Positions 17,830-24,135 of a stretch of DNA of 25,728 nucleotides are shown here, one piece after another (the first letter of the stretch is position 1; every line of letters begins with the position of its first letter). Below the pieces are notes generated by a model. It did not search any database and was not told where the DNA came from. It was given only the letters and a program-made list of their open reading frames with translations. This stretch comes from Candidatus Peregrinibacteria bacterium. GTDB lineage: Bacteria; Patescibacteriota; Gracilibacteria; UBA1369. The DNA lies in assembly GCA_014728765.1 (NCBI GenBank), contig WJLA01000023.1:1-25728 (forward strand), written 5' to 3'. The position numbers were made by a program, and so were the translations under genes.

Positions 17830-18960
17830 ATGAATCATTTGGATTATGATAATGTTTTTGAAGAGGCATTAGTAGAAGTCAGTTCATCTAAGTGCTTAAA
17901 AAACATTAGAAATGAAATATTGCAGGTTTTTTTTGAAGATAGTTCGTCAGAAGGTGTTGTCGAATTTGATCAGAATTTGGAATATTTAGCAAAATTATCG
18001 ATAGAATTTATGAATTCTCAAAATGAGAATTATTATTTGAAAGGTTTTGATGATTTTAGTAAAAGTGATTTTTTGGAGTCAATTGAAATATCGTCTAATT
18101 ACTTGGAGTTAAGTCAATTTTTTTGGAATAAGGAAGTGCAAGCGATTATAACTGAATTGACAAGAATAATTTTGATGAACAACAAAAATGATATTAATGC
18201 CGAATTAATTCATGAATATATTTTTAAATATGTAGTTTATTTGTTTTGTAACTTTACTTTGTTTAAGCAGGGTCTAGATTTGAATATTGTTGATTTGGAA
18301 AATTTAGCTTCTCACAGGAAGATTAATGAAAATAATTATTTGGATTATGTTAAAAATAATCCTGATTTAGAAAGGATAATGTCAACGGAACAAGTTAAAG
18401 AAAGCTTATTTATGTATTTAAAAAGAACTTTTGATGAAGGGCAAAATGACGAATATGTTGTTCCACTGTCATTTATCAGAGATCTTTACAGATTAATAGA
18501 GGGAATACATTGTCTCAGCAATGAAATAGTTATTGAGGCAGTTGATATAAAAAAGCATGGTTGGGAGCTGGAATTTTTGCATAAATTCTCTACGAAAAAT
18601 CTTTATCCTCAAGTTAATGAAATTAAACATAATTTGAAGCCATTATTGTATGATTTGTTTGAAGAAACAAATATTGTTGCTGATTACGAGATTGATGAAA
18701 TCAGTTTTCAAATATTAGTCAGTCCGATGATAATCAGTGTATTGAATGTTGTTATTTGTTTAAGAAGTGGAGTTAGCCCCGCTTTATTGAATATGACAAA
18801 ATTGGAAAAATCAAAAATCGAACATACTTTACTGTCTTTGGGTAGATTGGTTGAATTATCGGATGGTTTATCGTCCGATTTGCAGATAAGGCTTAATATT
18901 AACAGTGAAACTCAAAAATTAATAGGGTTTAAACCGGAAAAAAATCCTAATCTTAACTAG
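17830..18960 (+). CDS. Hypothetical protein (376 aa, acidic, predicted helical)
   Basis: Long uninterrupted ORF; no family recognised. It overlaps the convergent gene by 8 nt. Confidence 0.7.
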   Translation: MNHLDYDNVFEEALVEVSSSKCLKNIRNEILQVFFEDSSSEGVVEFDQNLEYLAKLSIEFMNSQNENYYLKGFDDFSKSDFLESIEISSNYLELSQFFWNKEVQAIITELTRIILMNNKNDINAELIHEYIFKYVVYLFCNFTLFKQGLDLNIVDLENLASHRKINENNYLDYVKNNPDLERIMSTEQVKESLFMYLKRTFDEGQNDEYVVPLSFIRDLYRLIEGIHCLSNEIVIEAVDIKKHGWELEFLHKFSTKNLYPQVNEIKHNLKPLLYDLFEETNIVADYEIDEISFQILVSPMIISVLNVVICLRSGVSPALLNMTKLEKSKIEHTLLSLGRLVELSDGLSSDLQIRLNINSETQKLIGFKPEKNPNLN

Positions 18961-19993
18961 AGCTGTTTTTTAGCATTTTGGATGCTATCCAGGTTGAAAT
19001 CGGTACTGAAATGATTAAACCGATACTGGCTACGAGCATTCTAACCAATTCTTCTGTGATTACTTCTATGTTGATTAAGTTGTTGAGTTGGCTAAGATCT
19101 TGTGAAAGTAAAATGAATAAAGGAAGTGCGGCACTGGCATAAACCAAAATGAGCGTGTTGATCATTGAGCTGATATGGTCTCTCCCTATTCGCATAGCGG
19201 ATTTGTAGATTTCATGATGGGGTTTTCCTGAGTTATATAATTCTTGAACAATTGAAGCTTGGGTTATGCTGATATCGTCAAGAACTCCGATCATACCTAG
19301 CAAGATGGCGCCGATTAGCAAGCCTTTAAGATTGTTGATGTCTGCAAAATTCTGAGTTAACCAAAACACTTCGTCGGATGAATTTCCTGTGAGTCTGGTC
19401 CATTCAACAAAAAAGCTGGCTAACAAGATTGTCAGTGTCAGTGAGATCAAAGTTCCAAAAACTGCTGCCGTGGTTTGTTTTTTGAAACCATGAGTTAAAT
19501 AAAATCCGAATGGGATGATAATTATTGCTGTGATGATAGAAATGATGATTGGATCATTTCCAGCAGCGATCTGAGCTATTGTGAAATTGAATAGAATATA
19601 AAATGAACCTATTAAAGTAAGAATTGAGAAAAATCCTTTTTTTCTTCCTATAAGAATCGACAGAGCAATGAATATTCCAAATAAAACATAAATTTGTGTG
19701 TTTCTGGCATAATCAATGGGATTGTAGTTATTGTTTTCATCGGTTTTATAATTTTCTATGATGATTCGATCACCAGGCTCCAAGTCTTTTCTGATTTCTT
19801 CTTTTAAATTGACCGTTGGAAGTTCAAGTTGTGGTTCAACGGTTAAATCCGTGTCCGGATTGACAAGTACAGTTTCTTCATTAACTTGAATAACTTCTGC
19901 CTGAAAGATTTGATAATCCGTGTTTTGTGCCGAAGTTAAATTAGGAAGTGAAATCGCCAATATTGCGACTACTGAGAATAATAATTTTTTCAT
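18953..19993 (-). CDS. YibE/F family multi-pass membrane protein; likely start MKKLLFS at 19993 (ORF track start 20044)
   Basis: IGVLDDISITQASIVQEL, AMRIGRDHISSMINTLILVYASAALPL and EELVRMLVASIGLIISVPISTWIA are YibE/F hallmarks; N-terminal signal peptide. Confidence 0.88.
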   Translation of the reverse strand: MKKLLFSVVAILAISLPNLTSAQNTDYQIFQAEVIQVNEETVLVNPDTDLTVEPQLELPTVNLKEEIRKDLEPGDRIIIENYKTDENNNYNPIDYARNTQIYVLFGIFIALSILIGRKKGFFSILTLIGSFYILFNFTIAQIAAGNDPIIISIITAIIIIPFGFYLTHGFKKQTTAAVFGTLISLTLTILLASFFVEWTRLTGNSSDEVFWLTQNFADINNLKGLLIGAILLGMIGVLDDISITQASIVQELYNSGKPHHEIYKSAMRIGRDHISSMINTLILVYASAALPLFILLSQDLSQLNNLINIEVITEELVRMLVASIGLIISVPISTWIASKMLKNSSS

Positions 19994-20046
19994 GGTAATT
20001 TTTTGGTTTGAGCGTAAAATATAGAAAAAATAAAAACTTATCAATC

Positions 20047-20439
20047 ATGAAAAAAATATTTTTAATATTATTATCTTTGTTGCTTGGTGGTTGTATGTTT
20101 CAGTTTTCAGGAGGTTTGATTGGAGGAGAGGATTGTGCGGATTTGGTCGAACTTGAATTGGGCAGAGATGTCGAATCTGAAGATGGTGCAAGTGGATTTG
20201 ATTTAAAAGGTGTTTATTACAGCGAGAAACTTGATAGTTGTGTATCGGTTTGGACTTCACAGGTTTCTGATGGAGTAAATCAAGCGACTGTTAAATATTT
20301 CGATGTGGAGGCAAACACATTGATTGATGAATTTGTAGTAGAAGCCGGTCGAGTTTATGAGGAGCTGAAAGCGCGTGATGTGCTTTCTGATTTTGCTGAT
20401 GAGCTTCGTACATTATTAAATACTGAAGTGGAAGTATAG
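20047..20439 (+). CDS. Hypothetical lipoprotein; likely start MKKIFL at 20047 (ORF track start 20008)
   Basis: Lipoprotein signal MKKIFLILLSLLLGGC with an LGGC lipobox. Confidence 0.7.
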   Translation: MKKIFLILLSLLLGGCMFQFSGGLIGGEDCADLVELELGRDVESEDGASGFDLKGVYYSEKLDSCVSVWTSQVSDGVNQATVKYFDVEANTLIDEFVVEAGRVYEELKARDVLSDFADELRTLLNTEVEV

Positions 20440-20506
20440 ATAGTTAGAAATGATTTAAGTGTAAAATAGCAATTTAAATTATTGAACAGGTTTATTGTGA
20501 TTTTTT

Positions 20507-20534
20507 TTGCAATCTGTTTTTTTTCGAGTATATT
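20507..20534 (+). promoter_or_regulatory. Sigma70-type promoter upstream of the tRNA locus
   Basis: TTGCAA (20507-20512), 16 nt, TATATT (20529-20534). Confidence 0.45.
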
Positions 20535-20570
20535 AAGCAGGCAAAATTGAGGGAAGCAAAAAAGTGAGAA

Positions 20571-20602
20571 TTAGAGAGAGTGTGAAAAATGCACCCGTAG
20601 CT
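20571..20602 (+). repeat. 32-bp direct repeat (1 mismatch) of the tRNA leader plus first 12 nt; second copy at 20699-20730
   Basis: TTAGAGAGAGTGTGAAAAATGCACCCGTAGCT versus TTAGTGAGAGTGTGAAAAATGCACCCGTAGCT, 128 bp apart. Confidence 0.95.
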
Positions 20603-20718
20603 TAAGCTGGCCAAGGCCTCGGATGAGGCCAAAAAAGAAATAGGGCAGAATGCTCTACCAGCATCGGCAGGGATGTGAATAAAGAGAAAAAGAGGGGATT
20701 AGTGAGAGTGTGAAAAAT

Positions 20719-20795
20719 GCACCCGTAGCTCAGCTGGATAGAGCATCGGCTTGCGGAGCCGGGGGTCGTAGGTTCGAATCCTGCCGGGTGCACCA
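20719..20795 (+). tRNA. trnR: tRNA-Arg, anticodon GCG, with encoded CCA
   Basis: Acceptor GCACCCG/CGGGTGC plus ACCA; D-arm GCTC-AGCTGGATA-GAGC; anticodon arm TCGGC-TTGCGGA-GCCGG (GCG at 20753-20755); T-arm GTAGG-TTCGAAT-CCTGC; 77 nt. Confidence 0.96.
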
Positions 20796-20796
20796 T

Positions 20797-20832
20797 AAAA
20801 AAATAATATGCCATTCGGCATAGTATTTTTTT
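20797..20832 (+). terminator. Bidirectional-looking intrinsic terminator directly after the tRNA
   Basis: A7-TA-A-TATGCC, loop ATTC, GGCATA-G-TA-T7: 15 of 16 pairs, with a T7 tail. Confidence 0.75.
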
Positions 20833-20962
20833 AAGTTCGATGGGATGAGAACCGTAGATTGCGAAGCAATCAGGTTCGTGCAAGCAATGAGCGAGAAAGA
20901 AAAAGTCTGCCTGGGCAGACTTTTATTTGTGAGCGAAGCAGCGTAGCCGTCGCGAGGCGACT

Positions 20963-20982
20963 ATCCTGCCGGGTGCACCATA
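20963..20982 (+). repeat. 20-bp exact duplicate of the tRNA 3' end (att-like); first copy at 20778-20797
   Basis: ATCCTGCCGGGTGCACCATA occurs twice, 185 bp apart. Confidence 0.95.
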
Positions 20983-21158
20983 CGCAAATTGCCATGCGCA
21001 GCATGGATAGCAATTTGTGCTTCCTATTAGTGCGTAAGTACCATAGTCCAATCCGCGAAGCTTGAATTGGACCAATATATTAATGTGGTTGAGCTTTGAA
21101 AAATTTATAATTTTTTAATTATTAGATAATATAATTTGATCAGAGCTATTAGCTAGTA

Positions 21159-21212
21159 TTGACTTTGTCATTACGTTTTGTTTATAATTTGTAATGAATA
21201 TGTAATTACAAA
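21159..21212 (+). promoter_or_regulatory. Promoter and operator of the RelB/DinJ-YafQ operon
   Basis: TTGACT (21159-21164), 18 nt, TATAAT (21183-21188). Inverted repeats TTTGTAAT-N9-ATTACAAA (21188-21212) and TCATTAC...GTAATGA (21168-21197) straddle the -10, as expected for antitoxin autorepression. Confidence 0.7.
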
Positions 21213-21214
21213 AT

Positions 21215-21493
21215 ATGTCTCACATTCAAATCAGAATTGATCAAAAAACCAAGGAAGCTGCCAGAAAGGAGCTAAAAAAGCTTGGTCTTGATATGTCTTC
21301 TGCAGTGAAGCTTTACCTGCATCAGATTATTATTCACAAGGGTATTCCTTTCAGAATTGTTACTGAGAATGGTCTGACTCCAGCAGAAGAGAAGGCAATT
21401 CTAAAAGCATCAAAGGAGGCGAAAAATGGTAAAAATGTGACAAGAGTAATGGGAGTCGATGAGGCTCTTGAATATCTTGATAATTTGAAATGA
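21215..21493 (+). CDS. RelB/DinJ family antitoxin
   Basis: Ribbon-helix-helix N-terminus IQIRIDQKTKEAARKELKKLGLDMSSAVKLYLHQII and GIPF; ATGA-coupled to the toxin. Confidence 0.9.
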   Translation: MSHIQIRIDQKTKEAARKELKKLGLDMSSAVKLYLHQIIIHKGIPFRIVTENGLTPAEEKAILKASKEAKNGKNVTRVMGVDEALEYLDNLK

Positions 21494-21750
21494 GGATTCG
21501 TTATCATAAGTCTTTTTTGAAAAGCTATAGAAAGTTAGATGTAATTACAAAAGGTAAGGTGAAAAACGCCATTGTTTTGTTTTGTCAAAATCCAAAGGAT
21601 GTACGGTTATATAACCATGGCCTAAAGGGGCGTTTGTTTGGAAAGAGGGCTATCAAGGTGACAGGAGATGTGAGGATTATATTTGAAGAATATGATGATT
21701 ATTTGGAGGTATTGTTTTTAGATGTTGGAACACATAATCAGGTTTATTGA
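21490..21750 (+). CDS. RelE/YafQ family mRNA interferase toxin
   Basis: IRYHKSFLKSYRKL, LYNHGLKG, IKVTGDVRIIF and C-terminal DVGTHNQVY. Confidence 0.88.
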   Translation: MRIRYHKSFLKSYRKLDVITKGKVKNAIVLFCQNPKDVRLYNHGLKGRLFGKRAIKVTGDVRIIFEEYDDYLEVLFLDVGTHNQVY

Positions 21751-21758
21751 AAGAATGA

Positions 21759-22367
21759 TTATTTATCTAGCTCATACTTCCTCCAAAGGGCCGGCTTGCC
21801 GTTGTGTGTGCCGTCGTACTCTGAGGAGACTTGTTTGAATCCGAGTGATTCAAAGCTTTTGATGCTGCGGGTGTTGTCTTCCAGGATCCAGGCTTCGAGT
21901 TTGGTGAAATTGCCTTTTTCAAAAGCCCAGTTGATGACTTTTTGATTAACTGCTTTGGCTATGCCTTTGCCCCAATAGCTCGGATCTCCGATGATGATGA
22001 CCATTGTGCCGACTTTTTCTTTAGTTGATTCTTTGATTCCGCTGATGCATGGTGTGCCGATTATTTTGCCGTCGCATTCGATCATCCAGTAGAGTGAGTC
22101 TTTTTCCTCAATGATTTTTTGAATTCGTTCCAGTTCACTGTTTTGATTGATTTTTGTTTGTAGTTCGTCGGCAGAGTACTCAGAGTAATCTGCTCCCATC
22201 AATTGAGCCACCTCTGGTCTGCGCAGCCATTCAACAGATTCAGGAACATAGTTGACGCTTGGAGCTACCAGTCGGATTTGATGATTTGGATGCTCAATTT
22301 CCAATTCTTCGAAGTCGGGGTGATTTTCGAGATAGTTTTCCAAATCTGTGTTGTTTATTGTTTCCAT
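21759..22367 (-). CDS. GNAT family N-acetyltransferase, RimJ/RimL-like; likely start METINN at 22367 (ORF track start 22436)
   Basis: Acetyl-CoA motif A IIIGDPSYWGKGIA and motif B EDNTRSIKSFESLGF; an extended -10 lies 6 nt upstream of ATG 22367. Confidence 0.85.
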   Translation of the reverse strand: METINNTDLENYLENHPDFEELEIEHPNHQIRLVAPSVNYVPESVEWLRRPEVAQLMGADYSEYSADELQTKINQNSELERIQKIIEEKDSLYWMIECDGKIIGTPCISGIKESTKEKVGTMVIIIGDPSYWGKGIAKAVNQKVINWAFEKGNFTKLEAWILEDNTRSIKSFESLGFKQVSSEYDGTHNGKPALWRKYELDK

Positions 22368-22373
22368 CTGGTC

Positions 22374-22382
22374 ATTATACCA
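22374..22382 (-). promoter_or_regulatory. Extended -10 (TGGTATAAT) giving a probable leaderless GNAT mRNA
   Basis: Plus-strand ATTATACCA; 6 nt separate the hexamer from the ATG at 22367. Confidence 0.6.
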
Positions 22383-22410
22383 AATTTTGCGGGAGTTTGG
22401 TAGGCAGTGA

Positions 22411-22821
22411 TTAGACGAATTGATCCCATGCGTCACCTTGTTTTTGGTCTCTGCAGTTTCTGAGAGCTATTTCTTTGGATATCCTTCTGATTTTTATAGT
22501 TTTTGCTTTTTTGAGGTGAGCTTTGGTGAATCTGTGAACTCCATCAAGGATGATCCATTGATTTTGATGAAAATATATTTCGATTGGATAAGAAAGATCT
22601 GTTAAAAGCACTTTTTCTGCATGCGATATTTCTTTTTCAAAGTTATCTAATAGCATTTGTGGGGAGAGGTTCCAGTCATCTGTTCCTTCTTGTTCGAGAT
22701 AGGGGATGCTAAGGTTGTTATCCAAGTCTGACAAGTTGATGGTTTCTGTGGGGATGTCTTCTTGCCAAAGTTTTTCTTCGTCTATTTTGAAGCCGATGTT
22801 GAGGATTTCTGGGAGGGGCAT
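22411..22821 (-). CDS. Small ParB/sulfiredoxin-like fold protein
   Basis: DLSYPIEI...WIILDGVHRFTKA...KTIKIRRI resembles the ParB-N/Srx (I)DGxHR motif; no HTH or dimerisation domain follows. Confidence 0.6.
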   Translation of the reverse strand: MPLPEILNIGFKIDEEKLWQEDIPTETINLSDLDNNLSIPYLEQEGTDDWNLSPQMLLDNFEKEISHAEKVLLTDLSYPIEIYFHQNQWIILDGVHRFTKAHLKKAKTIKIRRISKEIALRNCRDQKQGDAWDQFV

Positions 22822-22830
22822 AATGAGTAT

Positions 22831-24135
22831 TTATGGGGTTAGTCGGTTTGGATCTCTTGGGAATAATTCTGCTTCTTTTACGTTTTCTAGTCCAATGATT
22901 TTTTGAAGTAATCTTGAAATTCCAAGTCCAAAGCCTCCATGGGGTGGGAGTCCATATTTGAAAGCTTCAAGATAATGTGTGAAGCCGTCATCATTTGGAT
23001 TTATTCCCTTTTCTTTTATTTGGGAAATTAATTTTTCGTAATTTTCTTCTCGGAGAGGAATAGTTGCAATTTCAACTCCTCTGAAGATCAAGTCAGCTCT
23101 TTCGGCATATTTGTTATCCGTGGTACTTCTTTTATGGTAGAATTTTGCATCGCTCCATGGAAAGTGTGTTATGAAAACAGCTTCGCAATGCCATTTTTCT
23201 TTGGCGTATTCACAAATAAATTTTTCTTCATCTGGTGAGGCATCTCTTTCTCCGGTGTGATCAATGCCAGTCTCTTTTTTGAATATTTCATGTAGTTCTT
23301 GAAGAGAGATTTTTGGAAATTTTGTACTCAGAACTGGCTTGGAACTGTTAAGTAGATTTAACTGATTTTCTCCGTCTTTCCAAATTTCAGAGACAACATA
23401 AATTAAGAACTCTTCAGACAAAGAGAGAAGTTGGTCAAGATTTTCAATGAATCCAATTTCCATATCGAGCATTAAAATTTCTGTCATGTGTCTGGATGTA
23501 TGGCTTTGTTCAGCTCTGAACACTCGTCCAATCTCAAATACTTTTTCAAAAACTCCTACCATCATCTGTTTATAAAATTGCGGGCTTTGGGCTAGGCAGG
23601 CTTCTTTTTCAAAATAGTTAATTCTGAAAACTTCAGATCCGCCTTCAGTTGGTGTGGCAATTATTTTAGGTGTGCTGATTTCAACAAAATTATTCTTTAT
23701 GTAAAAATCTCTGATGTGTTTTTGGAGAAGTGACAAGAGGGAGAATATTGCTTGTTGTTTTGGATGTCTCAAAGAGACAACTCGTGTATTGAAGAGGGTG
23801 TCCAAATTTAAACTAAGTTCTTTTTTTGTGATATCAATTGGTGGCACATTCTCAATTTGCTGAATGATTTCAAGCTTTTGGCAGTATAATTCACAGCCTA
23901 GTTCTGTGGGAGCCTTTTTTACTTCTCCTTCAACTTGAATGATTGATCCATTTTGTAAGTGTTGAATTTTTTGCTTTAAATCATCGGAGTCTATAACTAT
24001 CTGGCAAAGGCCGTTTTTGTCTCTTAAAATTAAAAAACATATGCTACCGTGATTTCTGATCAAATGTAACCATCCTTTGAGGAGAGCAATTTTACCTATG
24101 TTCTTTGGTAATTCTGATGAGTATATTCTTTCCAT
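22831..24135 (-). CDS. aspS: Aspartate-tRNA ligase, short archaeal/eukaryal type (possibly non-discriminating Asp/Asn)
   Basis: 434 aa with no bacterial GAD insertion. OB-fold KGWLH...FLILRD, TEGGSEVF, LAQSPQFYKQ, motif 2 VFRAEQSHTSRH, motif 3 PPHGGFGLGISR, C-terminal FPRDPNRLTP. Confidence 0.93.
   Translation of the reverse strand: MERIYSSELPKNIGKIALLKGWLHLIRNHGSICFLILRDKNGLCQIVIDSDDLKQKIQHLQNGSIIQVEGEVKKAPTELGCELYCQKLEIIQQIENVPPIDITKKELSLNLDTLFNTRVVSLRHPKQQAIFSLLSLLQKHIRDFYIKNNFVEISTPKIIATPTEGGSEVFRINYFEKEACLAQSPQFYKQMMVGVFEKVFEIGRVFRAEQSHTSRHMTEILMLDMEIGFIENLDQLLSLSEEFLIYVVSEIWKDGENQLNLLNSSKPVLSTKFPKISLQELHEIFKKETGIDHTGERDASPDEEKFICEYAKEKWHCEAVFITHFPWSDAKFYHKRSTTDNKYAERADLIFRGVEIATIPLREENYEKLISQIKEKGINPNDDGFTHYLEAFKYGLPPHGGFGLGISRLLQKIIGLENVKEAELFPRDPNRLTP

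Noticed and set aside
20615-20636. GGCCTC-GGAT-GAGGCC hairpin as a terminator
   Set aside because: The A run follows the stem on the plus strand, so neither strand has a U-tract after the hairpin. It is kept only as part of the 5' decoy finding.
20602-20883. 93-aa minus-strand ORF
   Set aside because: It is the antisense translation of the tRNA (VHPAGFEPTTPGSASRCSIQLSYGC is a typical tRNA shadow) and of the flanking hairpins.
20833-20982. A second tRNA-Arg containing introns
   Set aside because: Only T-arm and 3' pieces are present. There is no second anticodon loop in either flanking copy and no group I or II core that I can recognise, so splicing could not rebuild a full tRNA.
20571-20982. 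CRISPR array
   Set aside because: Each repeat occurs only twice, the two repeat types differ, both derive from the tRNA, and there are no cas genes.
20859-21065. 68-aa ORF across the structured element
   Set aside because: It runs through GC-rich palindromes, has no family features and no plausible start context; the sequence is better explained as structured nucleic acid.
21759-22436. GNAT as an AtaT/TacT-type tRNA-acetylating toxin
   Set aside because: The motifs are RimJ/RimL-like, there is no upstream RHH/DUF1778 antitoxin, and it appears to have its own promoter.
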